This document shows positions 50,286 through 59,977 of a stretch of DNA of 64,000 nt, in pieces. The translations under genes and the position numbers were made by a program. Numbering within the stretch: position 1 is the first letter of the stretch; each line of letters opens with the position of its first letter. The stretch is from Casimicrobiaceae bacterium (GTDB taxonomy: Bacteria > Pseudomonadota > Gammaproteobacteria > Burkholderiales > Casimicrobiaceae): positions 11,784 through 75,783 of the forward strand of contig DASTGT010000055.1 of NCBI GenBank assembly GCA_035718935.1, given 5' to 3'. Under the pieces are notes generated by a model. The model was given only the letters and a program-made list of their open reading frames with translations. It was not told the DNA's origin and did no database searches.

Positions 50286-51185
50286 ATGACGACAGGTGAG
50301 ATTGGCAGCAGCGTTCGCGCACGCGTCGCCTACGCGCCGATCACGCGGCGCCCGAAACTGCGGCTGCCCGACGACGCGCGCGTCGCCGTGTGGACGATCG
50401 TCAACGTCGAGCATTGGAGCCCGACCGGCGCGATGCCGCGTGCGGTGCTTCCGCCACCGATGGGCCACGCGCTCCTGCCCGACGTGCCGAACTGGGCGTG
50501 GCACGAGTACGGGATGCGCGTCGGCTTCTGGCGCTTCCTCGACACGCTATCGTCGCGCAATCTGAAGGCGACGTTCGCGGTGAACGGCAGCGCGTGCTCG
50601 GTGTATCGCGAGGCGTGCGCCGCGGCCCGCGACGCCGGTTGGGAGTTCATCGGTCACGGCTTCGTGCAGAAACCGATGCACAAGCTCGACGACCAGCGCG
50701 CGGCGATCGCGCAGACGATACAGGCGATCACGGAAGTGACCGGCAGGCCCCCGCGCGGATGGGAAAGTCCCGGCCTCACCGAGACCGACGAGACGCTCGA
50801 CCTCCTCGCCGAAGCGGGCATCGAATACGTCGCCGATTGGGTCCTCGACGAGCAGCCGGTGCCGCTTGCAACGCGTGCAGGATCGATGGTCTCGATTCCG
50901 TACACCGTCGAGATCAACGACGTGGTCATCAGCGCCGTGCAGTTGCAGCCGTCCGACGAGATCCTGCGCCGCGGCCGCGACCAGTTCGATCGCCTCTACC
51001 TCGACGGCGCTAAGACGCCGCGCGTGATGGCGATCTCGATCCATCCGTACCTGACCGGCGTTCCGCATCGCATACGCTACCTCGAGGCGCTCTACGACCA
51101 CATCCTCGGCCACGATGGCGTGGTCATGTGGACGGGCGCGGAGATCCTCGACTGGTATCGCGCGCAGATCGCGTTGGAAGCGTAG
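50286..51185 (+). CDS. Polysaccharide-deacetylase-fold hydrolase (PuuE allantoinase-like group)
   Basis: VNVEHW, PNWAWHEYGMRVGFWR, GHG, GWESPGL, SIHPY; no signal peptide. Confidence 0.85.
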   Translation: MTTGEIGSSVRARVAYAPITRRPKLRLPDDARVAVWTIVNVEHWSPTGAMPRAVLPPPMGHALLPDVPNWAWHEYGMRVGFWRFLDTLSSRNLKATFAVNGSACSVYREACAAARDAGWEFIGHGFVQKPMHKLDDQRAAIAQTIQAITEVTGRPPRGWESPGLTETDETLDLLAEAGIEYVADWVLDEQPVPLATRAGSMVSIPYTVEINDVVISAVQLQPSDEILRRGRDQFDRLYLDGAKTPRVMAISIHPYLTGVPHRIRYLEALYDHILGHDGVVMWTGAEILDWYRAQIALEA

Positions 51186-51194
51186 CGCGCGTTC

Positions 51195-52058
51195 TCAGGC
51201 TTCCACGGTTTCGCGCTCGGCCGCAGCCTCGCGCTCGAGCAGCGCGCGCTTGCGCTCGACGCCCCAGCGATAGCCCGAAAGCGCGCCGTCGTTGCGGATG
51301 ACGCGATGGCAGGGGATCGCGACGGCGAGCGTGTTCGCCGCACACGCGCCGGCCACCGCGCGGACCGACTTCGGGGAACCGATGCGTGCGGCGAGGTCCG
51401 CGTAGCTCACGGTCTCGCCCGCCGGTATCGCCCGCAGCGCCTGCCAGACGCGCTGCTGGAATGCGGTGCCGCGCACGTCGAGCGGAAGATCGAGGCCGAT
51501 CTTCGGCGCCTCCACGAAGCCGACGACGCGCGCGACCCATCGCTCGAATTCGCGGTCGCCCCCGACGAGCTCGGCCTTCGGGAAGCGGTCCTGCAGCTCG
51601 CGAGCGAGCGTGTCCGGGTCGTCGCCGAGCGAGATCGCGCACACGCCGCGGTCGCTACGCGCCACGAGGATCGCCCCGAGCGAGCATTGCCCGATCGCGA
51701 AGCGAATGGTCTCGTGCGCGCCGCCGGCGCGATACCGCGATGCCGTCATGCCGAGGACGTCGTCCGAGCGCTCATAGAAGCGCGCGTTGGAGTTGTACCC
51801 CGCCGCGTAGATCGCATCCGTGACGCGCGCTCCACCCGTTAGCGCGTTGCGCAACCGCCGTTCGCGGCATGCATCGGCATACGCCTTGGGGGTGACGCCG
51901 GTGATGCGCTTGAATGTCCGCTGCAGATGCCAGCGGCTCAAGCCCGCGCGCGCCGCAAGCTCGTCGAGCGAGGGTACGTGCTCGACGCCTTCGATGAAGC
52001 GGCAAAGCCCCTCGATCACCCGCGTAGCGTGCGTCGTGGTCGTGTTCGTGCTGTACAC
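51195..52058 (-). CDS. Ada-like AraC-HTH + O6-alkylguanine methyltransferase lacking the N-terminal Zn domain
   Basis: GLSRWHLQRTFKRITGVTPKAY, GTAFQQRVWQAL, IPCHRV, YRWG. GGAGG RBS before GTG 52058. Confidence 0.85.
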   Translation of the reverse strand: MYSTNTTTTHATRVIEGLCRFIEGVEHVPSLDELAARAGLSRWHLQRTFKRITGVTPKAYADACRERRLRNALTGGARVTDAIYAAGYNSNARFYERSDDVLGMTASRYRAGGAHETIRFAIGQCSLGAILVARSDRGVCAISLGDDPDTLARELQDRFPKAELVGGDREFERWVARVVGFVEAPKIGLDLPLDVRGTAFQQRVWQALRAIPAGETVSYADLAARIGSPKSVRAVAGACAANTLAVAIPCHRVIRNDGALSGYRWGVERKRALLEREAAAERETVEA

Positions 52059-52270
52059 CCGTGCCTCCGTTCGCCTGTCCGAAGGCTCGAGTCTCGCCCT
52101 TTTCCTCACGGCGGACACTCCGTCTGTTGCGCTGTCGAAATGTTGCGGCGCAGCACGGTGATCACCGTCGATCGCGGGGCCTTGTACGCGCCCCTATCCT
52201 ACAGACAAACCCGCCTGCCACCGATTACGCCAGGAAGCCCATCGCGCGACGCTTGCACCAGGAGGCGATC

Positions 52271-52432
52271 ATGGCACACGCACTTGCGCACCCGGCCCGA
52301 ACGCCGACGCTCCGCGTTCATCGCGCGCGACCCCGCGAAGACGCGCTCGATCCGATCCGCGGGATCATGATCGGCGCGCTGTTGTCTATCGCAGGCTTCT
52401 GGTTACCGCTCGCCCTGATCCTCGCGCGTTAG
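52271..52432 (+). CDS. 53-aa hypothetical protein with a C-terminal TM helix
   Basis: AGGAGG RBS; ends DPIRGIMIGALLSIAGFWLPLALILAR. Confidence 0.55.
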   Translation: MAHALAHPARTPTLRVHRARPREDALDPIRGIMIGALLSIAGFWLPLALILAR

Positions 52433-52471
52433 AACTGCGCGACGTTTGGCGTCGCTTCGTTCGGGTCGGCG

Positions 52472-53692
52472 TCAGTACGTTTCGACGTGCAGCCGGCCTT
52501 TCGCGAGAAGCGCCGGCTTGAGCGCGTCCCAGTCGACGCCATGCATCCGGCAGACGTCGCGGAATGCCTCCGCGACGCCGGCCTCCATTCCCTTCACGCC
52601 GCAGACGTACACGTAACAATGCTCGTCCTGCAGCAGGCGCGCGACCTTGGCCGCCTGCTCGCGGATGCGGTCCTGCACGTACACCTTCGGCTGCCCCGGC
52701 ACGCGCGAGAACGCGAAGTTGGTGTCGATGAATTCCTTCGGTAGTTTGGTCAGCGGGCCGAAGTAGGGCAACTCCTCGGGAACGCGCGCACCGAAGAAGA
52801 GCAGGAGTTCGCCGCCTTCCTTCAATGCGCGGCGCCGGCGGCGTCGCTCGGTCATCGCCCGCATCGGTGCCGATCCGGTACCGGTGCAGACCATCATCAA
52901 CGACGATCCTGGGTGATTCGGCATCAGGTAGCTCGCGCCGTAAGGTCCCACCACGCGCACTTCGTCGCCGATCGCGAGGTCGCACATGTAGTTCGAGCCG
53001 ACGCCACGCACCGGCCTGCCGTCGTGGTCGACGGTGACGCGCTTGATCGTGAGCGCCACGTTGTTGTAGCGCGGCCGCTCGCCATCGCGCGGACTCGCGA
53101 CCGAATAGAGTCGAACGTGATGCGGCCGGCCCGCAGCGTCGACCCCCGGCGGGACGATGCCGATCGTCTGCCCTTCGAGCACCGGGAATGCATGCGTGCC
53201 GAAGTCGAGCACGATGTGGCGAATGTCGGCCGACGCATCGTCGGCGGTCAGCCGGTAGTTGCCGGTGACGCGCGCGATCGCCGGTGCGGCGAGCGTGTAA
53301 AGGTTGATGTACGGATGCGACGCCGACCACGGCGGCGTCGTCGACGTCGCGTAGCCGGCGTGCGCGATCTCGGTCTGTTCGCGCACCTCGGCCGGGATGT
53401 CGTCGACGGGGGCCACCTCGATCTCGACCGGCTCCGGCAGCACGTCCCAGCCGAGCTGCTCGTCGAGCGTGTACGGCTGCGCCTTGCGCACCTTCAGCCA
53501 ATGGTCGATCGCGCCGGTCGGACATGGCGGCACGCAGGCGTTGCACGCGCCGCACTTCGAGAAATCGACGACGTAATTGCGCGCGTCGTGCGTAATTGCG
53601 CCGACCGGACACGTCGACTCACACGTGTTGCACCGGATGCAGACCTCCGGGTCGATCAAATGCTGCAGCGCGAGTTCCGCGGGGGCGTCCAT
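52472..53692 (-). CDS. boxA: Benzoyl-CoA 2,3-epoxidase reductase BoxA
   Basis: [16 protein letters not shown], second CxxCxx[21 protein letters not shown]-type domain. Confidence 0.96.
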   Translation of the reverse strand: MDAPAELALQHLIDPEVCIRCNTCESTCPVGAITHDARNYVVDFSKCGACNACVPPCPTGAIDHWLKVRKAQPYTLDEQLGWDVLPEPVEIEVAPVDDIPAEVREQTEIAHAGYATSTTPPWSASHPYINLYTLAAPAIARVTGNYRLTADDASADIRHIVLDFGTHAFPVLEGQTIGIVPPGVDAAGRPHHVRLYSVASPRDGERPRYNNVALTIKRVTVDHDGRPVRGVGSNYMCDLAIGDEVRVVGPYGASYLMPNHPGSSLMMVCTGTGSAPMRAMTERRRRRRALKEGGELLLFFGARVPEELPYFGPLTKLPKEFIDTNFAFSRVPGQPKVYVQDRIREQAAKVARLLQDEHCYVYVCGVKGMEAGVAEAFRDVCRMHGVDWDALKPALLAKGRLHVETY

Positions 53693-53696
53693 GACC

Positions 53697-55124
53697 TCAG
53701 TTGAAACGCACGTACTCGAAGTCGATCGGCTGGCGATTGATGCCGACCACGGGCGGGGCGATCCAGTTCGCGAACCGGCCCCGCTCGCTCACGCGGCCCA
53801 TCAGCGATGCGACGAACGCGCGATCCCCGGCGCTCGGCAGCCACTTGCCCGCACTCGCGTTCCACTCCGCTTCCGAGACGACGCGGCCGTCGGGCGTCAC
53901 GTTCACTTGCGCGAGCGTGCCGATCTTCCGATGAAACGCCTTGTGCGGCACCTCGAGGCGGAACGGCAGGCCGGCCTTCTCGATGACGCGATTCCAGCGG
54001 CCGACGCCGGCGATCGAGTCGCGAATGAAGTCGTCGCGCAGCACTTCGTTCAGCGCATTCAACATCGGCACCTGCTCGTCGACGAGACGGCCGTCGCGCA
54101 CGTTCTGGATCGTGTACGCGCGGCCCTTCAGCACGTGATCGTCGTCGCGCTTGCCCTCGTCGAAGCGTCCCTTGAGTCCGCTCGTATAGAACGTCGCCGC
54201 GTTCGACGATTGATCGGCGCCGAAGAGATCGATCGTCACGCTGTAGTGGAAGTTGAGATAGCGCTGGATCGTCGGCAGGTCGATCGCGCCCGCCTCGCGC
54301 ACCTTCGCGGGATCGTCGGTTCCGAGCTGCTTCATCACGTCGCACGTGCGCTGGACGACCCGCGCGACGCCGGATTCGCCGACGAACATGTGGTGCGCTT
54401 CCTCGGTCAGCATGAACCGGGTGGTGCGCGCGAGCGGCTCGAACCCCGATTCGGCGAGTGCCGCGAGCTGGAACTTGCCGTCGCGATCGGTGAAATACGT
54501 GAACATGAAGAACGACAGCCAGTCGGGCGTAGGCTCGTTGAACGCGCCGAGGATGCGCGGATTGTCCGCGTCGCCCGAACGCCGCGTGAGCAACGCTTCG
54601 GCTTCCTCGCGGCCATCGCGTCCGAAGTAGCGATGCAGCAGGTACACCATCGCCCACAGGTGCCTCCCCTCCTCCACGTTCACCTGGAACAGGTTGCGCA
54701 GGTCGTAGAGCGACGGTGCGGTGAGGCCCAGGTGGCGCTGCTGCTCGACCGACGCCGGCTCGGTGTCGCCCTGCGTCACGATGATGCGGCGCAGGTTCGC
54801 ACGATGCTCGCCCGGCACGTCCTGCCACACGGGCTCGCCCTTGTGCTCGCCGAACCGGATGTGCGCACCGGCGGCCACCGGCGCGAGGAAGATGCCCCAG
54901 CGATAATCGGGCATCTTGACGTAGTCGAAATGCGCCCAGCCCTGCGGATCGACGCTCACGGCGGTGCGCAGGTACACGTCGTAGCTCGCCGATCCGTCGG
55001 GCCCCATGTCGCGCCACCAGTCGAGGAATGCCGGCTGCCAGCGTTCGAGCGCACGATTGAGCGTGCGGTCGCTCGCGAGATCGACGTTGTTGGGAATCCT
55101 GTCGGCATAGCTGATCGTTTGCAT
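53697..55124 (-). CDS. boxB: Benzoyl-CoA 2,3-epoxidase oxygenase BoxB
   Basis: [31 protein letters not shown] diiron motifs. Confidence 0.97.
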   Translation of the reverse strand: MQTISYADRIPNNVDLASDRTLNRALERWQPAFLDWWRDMGPDGSASYDVYLRTAVSVDPQGWAHFDYVKMPDYRWGIFLAPVAAGAHIRFGEHKGEPVWQDVPGEHRANLRRIIVTQGDTEPASVEQQRHLGLTAPSLYDLRNLFQVNVEEGRHLWAMVYLLHRYFGRDGREEAEALLTRRSGDADNPRILGAFNEPTPDWLSFFMFTYFTDRDGKFQLAALAESGFEPLARTTRFMLTEEAHHMFVGESGVARVVQRTCDVMKQLGTDDPAKVREAGAIDLPTIQRYLNFHYSVTIDLFGADQSSNAATFYTSGLKGRFDEGKRDDDHVLKGRAYTIQNVRDGRLVDEQVPMLNALNEVLRDDFIRDSIAGVGRWNRVIEKAGLPFRLEVPHKAFHRKIGTLAQVNVTPDGRVVSEAEWNASAGKWLPSAGDRAFVASLMGRVSERGRFANWIAPPVVGINRQPIDFEYVRFN

Positions 55125-55146
55125 GTCGTTTCCTGTTCGAGCGAGA

Positions 55147-55166
55147 GGGAGACCCCGGGGTCTCCC
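55147..55166. repeat. Perfect 20-bp palindrome between boxC and boxB
   Basis: GGGAGACCCC/GGGGTCTCCC. Confidence 0.7.
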
Positions 55167-55176
55167 CCTGCTTTCG

Positions 55177-56877
55177 TTAGACGCGCTCCCAGTCGAAACG
55201 CGCCTTGTTGCCGGTGCCGAAGACCTTCAACGCGCCGGCTTCGCCCACCGCGTTCGGCCGCTGGAAAATCCAGTTCTGCCACGCGGACAGGCGCCCGAAG
55301 ACGCGCGTCTCCATCGTCTCGCCCCCACCGAAGCGGAGGTTCGCTTCCATCCCCGTGAGCGCGTCGGGCGACATGCTCGCGCGCTCCTCGAGCACGATGC
55401 GGATCTCGTCGTCCCAGTCGATGTCGTCGAGCGCGACGGTGACGAGGCCGAGCGACGCCGCCTCCTCCGCGTCCAGCGCGCGACCGAGCGTCGCACGCGC
55501 AGCCGCGAGCGGTGCGTCCTCCGCATAGAAGCGCGCGACAAGCCGCGAAGCGCCGTCGACCCGCGGATACGCGCCGAAGTTCTGCGGCGACAGCGCGATC
55601 CGTGGCGCCGCGTCGGGCTCGTCGGGCAGATCGAGCATGTAGCTGCGGTCCGACGCGAGCGCGAGCTCAAAGAGCGTCCCCGCGAAGCACGTGCCGCGAT
55701 CGATCACGGCGATCAGCGTGCGCGAGCTGACGTCGAGGCGCGCGAGCGTGCGGCGCAGCATCCCGATCGTCTCGCGCACGAACCAGTGCGTCGCGTGGTG
55801 CTCGAGCGTGGCATCGACGGCGAGCACGCGATCGCGATCGCCTTCGGTGCGCAGGATCCACGTGCCGATGTCGAGCTCGTTCGTGCGCAGGGAAAGGATC
55901 GCGTCGTCCAGCTCGCGCGCCATGGCGAGCGGCCACCATGCGGCGCCGCGTGCCTCGATGCCTTCGATCGTCGCCGGCTCGTCGCCCTGCGGTGCGCGCA
56001 CGCACAGGGACGCCCGCCGCGCGGCGCGATCGATCTGAACGTCGACGTGCGCGTAGTGATAGCCCGCATCGTCGATCGTGCGTGACAGCGCCGGCAGCGG
56101 CACGCCCTCGACCTCCACGGGACGATCGCTCGCCTGCGCGAGCTCTCGCGCCCGCCGCTCGACGTACGAGGCGAATTCGGACGGCTTCACGACCTCGTCG
56201 ACGAGTCGCCAGTCCTTCGCGCGCTGGCCGCGAATGCCTTCGGTCGTCGTGCAGAAAATGTCGGCGAGATCGTGCCGCACCTTGCGCTTGTCGGTGATCC
56301 GCGTGAGACCGCCGGTGCCGGGCAGCACGCCGAGCAGCGGCACTTCGGGAAGGCTGACCGCCGAAGAGCGATCGTCGACCAGGACGATTTCGTCGCACGC
56401 GAGCGCGAGCTCGTAACCCCCGCCGGCCGTGGTCCCGTTGCAGGCGGCGACGAACTTGAGGCCCGAATGCCGGCTCGCGTCCTCGATGCCGTTGCGCGTC
56501 TCGTTGGTGAATTTGCAGAAGTTCACCTTCCACGCGTGCGACGACTTTCCGAGCATGAAGATGTTCGCGCCGGAGCAGAACACGCGGTCCTTCGCGCTCG
56601 TCAGCACGACGGTGCGCACTTCGGGGTGCTCGAAGCGGATCCGCTGCAGCGCATCGTGCAGCTCGATGTCGACGCCGAGGTCGTACGAGTTGAGCTTCAG
56701 CCGGTAGCCGGGACGAATCGGCGCCTCCTCGTCGATGTCGAGTGTCAACGTCGCGACGGGGCCGTCGTAGCGGATGCGAACGTGACGGTAACGGTCGGGG
56801 CGCGTCTGGTAATCGACCTTCGCCGGCGTGGCAGCGTGCACGTTCGAGTCCATCACGTTCTCCATTCTCGCGTTCAT
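55177..56877 (-). CDS. boxC: 2,3-epoxybenzoyl-CoA dihydrolase BoxC
   Basis: LKLNSYDLGVDIEL, FCSGANI, GGGYELALACD, LSAWQNWIFQRPNA. Confidence 0.96.
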   Translation of the reverse strand: MNARMENVMDSNVHAATPAKVDYQTRPDRYRHVRIRYDGPVATLTLDIDEEAPIRPGYRLKLNSYDLGVDIELHDALQRIRFEHPEVRTVVLTSAKDRVFCSGANIFMLGKSSHAWKVNFCKFTNETRNGIEDASRHSGLKFVAACNGTTAGGGYELALACDEIVLVDDRSSAVSLPEVPLLGVLPGTGGLTRITDKRKVRHDLADIFCTTTEGIRGQRAKDWRLVDEVVKPSEFASYVERRARELAQASDRPVEVEGVPLPALSRTIDDAGYHYAHVDVQIDRAARRASLCVRAPQGDEPATIEGIEARGAAWWPLAMARELDDAILSLRTNELDIGTWILRTEGDRDRVLAVDATLEHHATHWFVRETIGMLRRTLARLDVSSRTLIAVIDRGTCFAGTLFELALASDRSYMLDLPDEPDAAPRIALSPQNFGAYPRVDGASRLVARFYAEDAPLAAARATLGRALDAEEAASLGLVTVALDDIDWDDEIRIVLEERASMSPDALTGMEANLRFGGGETMETRVFGRLSAWQNWIFQRPNAVGEAGALKVFGTGNKARFDWERV

Positions 56878-57788
56878 CCTTGCGCCGCCGCCACGATGGC
56901 GCGGAGCTTCACGAAGCTCTGCTGCGGCGTCTCGCCCGACGTGTCGACCACGTCGTCGGCACGCCGGTACATCGGCTCGCGCGCCTTCAGCATCCGCGTC
57001 AGGTCGTCCATCGCTTCCTCGTTGCCCGCCATCGGCCGCAGGTCGCCTTGCGCGAGCACACGCGCCATGTGGTCGACCGGCCGTGCCTTGATCCAGACCG
57101 TATGGCAATTGGCGAGCAGCAGTTCGAACGCCTCCTCGTCGTGCACGATGCCGCCGCCGGCGATGATCACCGCGCGTCGGCGCGCGCGCGCGATCCGCTC
57201 GAACACGCGGCGCTCGATCCGGCGGTAAGCGGCGGCGCCATAGAGCGCGATGACTTCCGACACCGGCAGTCCGCTCTCGCGCGCGACCTCGCGGTTCGAT
57301 TCGATCAGCGGCACGCCGAGTGAATCGGCCAGCATCGTGCCGAGCGTCGATTTGCCGGCGCCGCGCAGGCCGATCAACGCAATGCGCTCGTGGCGATTGT
57401 CGCGCAAGTCGCCGAATTCCGCCGAAAGCCGCGCAATGACGTCTTCGAGCCGGTGCAGCGGCACGCGCTCCAGCAGCGTCCGCGTGGCTTGTCGCAACGC
57501 GTCGTCGTCGGCCTCGTAACCGAGCAGCACGCCGAGCGGGACGCCGAGCGCGCCGGCGACACGACGCAAAAGCACCACCGACATGTTGCCCGCGCCCGCT
57601 TCGAGCTTCGCGAGGTAGCGTTCCGAGACGCGCGATTCGCGCGCCAGGAGCCTGCGCGACATGCCGCGCCGCTCCCGGAGGTTTCGGACGTGCGCGCCGA
57701 GATCGTCGAGAAAGCGCGTGTCGGCGTCGGACAGCTCGGTCGACGGAACTTCGACGGGCTCGGTGGCGTTGTCGGGATCGCGCTTCAT
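56874..57788 (-). CDS. boxR: BzdR/BoxR regulator (XRE HTH + shikimate-kinase-like domain)
   Basis: VSERYLAKLEAGAGN; IALIGLRGAGKSTLG; HMARVLAQGDLRPM. Confidence 0.92.
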   Translation of the reverse strand: MKRDPDNATEPVEVPSTELSDADTRFLDDLGAHVRNLRERRGMSRRLLARESRVSERYLAKLEAGAGNMSVVLLRRVAGALGVPLGVLLGYEADDDALRQATRTLLERVPLHRLEDVIARLSAEFGDLRDNRHERIALIGLRGAGKSTLGTMLADSLGVPLIESNREVARESGLPVSEVIALYGAAAYRRIERRVFERIARARRRAVIIAGGGIVHDEEAFELLLANCHTVWIKARPVDHMARVLAQGDLRPMAGNEEAMDDLTRMLKAREPMYRRADDVVDTSGETPQQSFVKLRAIVAAAQG

Positions 57789-57844
57789 GGCGACGTTGCG
57801 AGGGGGAACGATGAATTATACTTCCATTTCCAATAACGTATATG

Positions 57845-57860
57845 CGGCACTATCTTGCAT
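57845..57860. promoter_or_regulatory. Possible BoxR operator
   Basis: GCAC-TATC-TTGCAT imperfect dyad with a TGCA core in the AT-rich region upstream of boxR. Confidence 0.4.
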
Positions 57861-58051
57861 ATCGGGTCAGATCGACGGCGGCGGTCGACCGTCACAGCGG
57901 GACGCTTGACGGCACGCACGCAACAGTCTCGAACGCGCTTTGCCAGACGCCGTCGCAGGGACTTCACGGAAGTCATTGATTAGGCGTACCCTGTCCACGC
58001 GGCTCTCGCGCCGGCAACGCGCTGGGCCTCGTTGCGCGACGAGCGGTCCCA

Positions 58052-58067
58052 CGGCACCGTTCTTGCT
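58052..58067 (+). promoter_or_regulatory. Sigma54 (-24/-12) promoter
   Basis: CGGCAC-CGTTC-TTGCT (GG-N10-GC); near-consensus IHF site AATCAATGACTTC on the minus strand at 57969-57981. Confidence 0.65.
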
Positions 58068-58121
58068 TTTTGCCGCCTTGTCGCGTGTCTATATGCGTTG
58101 ACACGCTCGTCGAGGATCGTC

Positions 58122-59231
58122 ATGTCCGCCGCTCTGGCTCGTCCCGCCCCCGCCACCGGCGTCGTCTCGGAGCTCGCGTTCGCGCGCGCGCAGCGCAATA
58201 CCGTGCTGATCGTCGACGACCTGTTCTCGAGCCGGCTGCTGCTCGCCGAGATCGTCCGGCAGATCGACGGCAAGCTGAACCTCGAGCTCTTCGATACGCC
58301 GTCGCGCGCGCTCGAGTTCGCGCGCAACAACCGCGTCGACATCGTCCTCACCGATTACAAGCTGCCCGAGTTCGACGGCATCGAGCTGGTCAAGCAGTTG
58401 CGCGCGCTGCCGCACTGCGTCGACGTGCCGATCGTCGTGATCACCGTCGTCGACGATCGCAAGATCCGCTACGACGCGCTCGAGGCGGGCGCCACCGATT
58501 TCCTCATCAAGCCGCTCGACGATCACGAGACGCGCGCGCGCTGCGCGAATCTGCTCGAGTTGCGCCGCCACAAGATCGTGCTCTCCGACCAGGCGCGCGT
58601 GCTGCAATACCAGGTCGACAAGTCGGTCTCCGAGATCCACGAGCGCGAGCTCGAGACGCTCGCCAAGCTCGCCAAGGCGGGCGAGTTCCGCGACAAGACG
58701 ACCGGCAATCATCTCATGCGGATGGCCAAGTACTCGGCGCTGATCGGCCAGCACTTGGGGCTCGGCGCGGAGACCGTGCACGTGCTGGAAGTCGCCGCGC
58801 CGATGCACGACATCGGCAAGATCGGCATCCCGGATTCTGTGCTCCTCAAGGAAGGGCCGCTGACGCCGGAGGAGACCGAAGTGATGCGCGACCATCCGCG
58901 CATGGGTTACGACATCCTGAAGGGCAGCCCGTCGAAGTACCTGTCGATGGGCGCGATCATCGCGCTCGGGCATCACGAGAAGTTCGACGGCTCGGGCTAC
59001 CCGAACGGATTGCATGGCGAGGACATTCCGCTGGTCGCGCGCGTGGTCGCCGCCGCCGACGTCTTCGACGCGCTCGTTTCCGAGCGTCCGTACAAGCGAC
59101 GCTGGACGATGGACGAAGGCATCGCCTTCCTGAAGTCGCAGCGCGGGAAGCACTTCGACCCCACGTGCATCGACGCCTTCCTGTCGGATCGCTCGGCGGT
59201 CGAGACGATCATGCGCGAGTTCGCCGACTAG
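58122..59231 (+). CDS. REC + HD-GYP c-di-GMP phosphodiesterase (RpfG-like)
   Basis: VLIVDD, LTDYKLP, FLIKP; HDIGKIGIPD, HHEKFDGSGYP, ADVFDAL, RPYK. Confidence 0.93.
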   Translation: MSAALARPAPATGVVSELAFARAQRNTVLIVDDLFSSRLLLAEIVRQIDGKLNLELFDTPSRALEFARNNRVDIVLTDYKLPEFDGIELVKQLRALPHCVDVPIVVITVVDDRKIRYDALEAGATDFLIKPLDDHETRARCANLLELRRHKIVLSDQARVLQYQVDKSVSEIHERELETLAKLAKAGEFRDKTTGNHLMRMAKYSALIGQHLGLGAETVHVLEVAAPMHDIGKIGIPDSVLLKEGPLTPEETEVMRDHPRMGYDILKGSPSKYLSMGAIIALGHHEKFDGSGYPNGLHGEDIPLVARVVAAADVFDALVSERPYKRRWTMDEGIAFLKSQRGKHFDPTCIDAFLSDRSAVETIMREFAD

Positions 59232-59280
59232 GACGGATTCGCCTTGCGGCTCGGCTCGGGGCGGCCCTTCGCCGGGCCGC
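59232..59280. repeat. REP-like palindromic element between convergent genes
   Basis: Hairpin GCGGCCC-N6-GGGCCGC; shares GATTCGC and 14/15 nt of GCTYGGGGCGGCCCT with the element at 13530-13551. Confidence 0.55.
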
Positions 59281-59293
59281 CGACAACGGCACG

Positions 59294-59959
59294 CTAGCCG
59301 ACCAGGACGATGTGCACCCGGCGCGGGCCATGCGCGCCGAGCACGATCGTCTGCTCGATATCGCCCGTTCGCGACGGTCCCGACACGAGATTGATCGCGC
59401 GCGGCATCGCGCCGTTCGCGCGCACGCGCGAGAACGCCTCCTCCATCCCCGCGACGATCTGGTCGACGCGCACGATCGCGACGTGCGTGTCGGGGAGCAG
59501 AAACGTCGCCGAGGGCGTTTGCGCGCCCGTGATGAAGACCAGCGTTCCCGTCTCGGCGATCGCGCAGAAGCAGCCGGTAATCCCGACGTCGTCGTCGCCC
59601 GTGGTGACACGAATGTCGACATCGATGCCCGCGGCACGCCAATCGAGCGCCACGAATTCGGGCCACCCGACGATGCGCAGCGCCGCAACCGTCCCGGCGG
59701 GCGCGAGAAAGCGCGCGATTGCGTCGGGTAACTCGGCAAGCGTCGCGACGTGCTCGACGGTGCTCGCCATGTCGCGCGCGCGCTCGACGAAGCGTTGCGC
59801 GAGATCCGCCGGCATCGCGGGACGCGGCCCTTGCGTGCGTGCTGCGAGGTATGCGTGTGCCGCCGCACGGGCGAGGTCATCGGGTCCCTCGCGGCCGAGC
59901 GCCGCCCGTACGCGCGCCAGAACCGCCTCGCGCGCGAGTTGATTGTCGTCGATGCCCAT
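59294..59959 (-). CDS. lutC: Lactate utilisation protein LutC/LldG (LUD domain)
   Basis: AIAETGTL, LLPDTHVA, SGPSRTGDIEQTIVLGAHGPR. Confidence 0.92.
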   Translation of the reverse strand: MGIDDNQLAREAVLARVRAALGREGPDDLARAAAHAYLAARTQGPRPAMPADLAQRFVERARDMASTVEHVATLAELPDAIARFLAPAGTVAALRIVGWPEFVALDWRAAGIDVDIRVTTGDDDVGITGCFCAIAETGTLVFITGAQTPSATFLLPDTHVAIVRVDQIVAGMEEAFSRVRANGAMPRAINLVSGPSRTGDIEQTIVLGAHGPRRVHIVLVG

Positions 59960-59977
59960 GCAGACGCGTGCGAACCG

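Noticed and set aside
52059-52118. DRRTEARVYS as a remnant of the Ada N-domain from GTG 52118
   Set aside because: A better start (GGAGG + GTG 52058) lies downstream; the resemblance is too weak.
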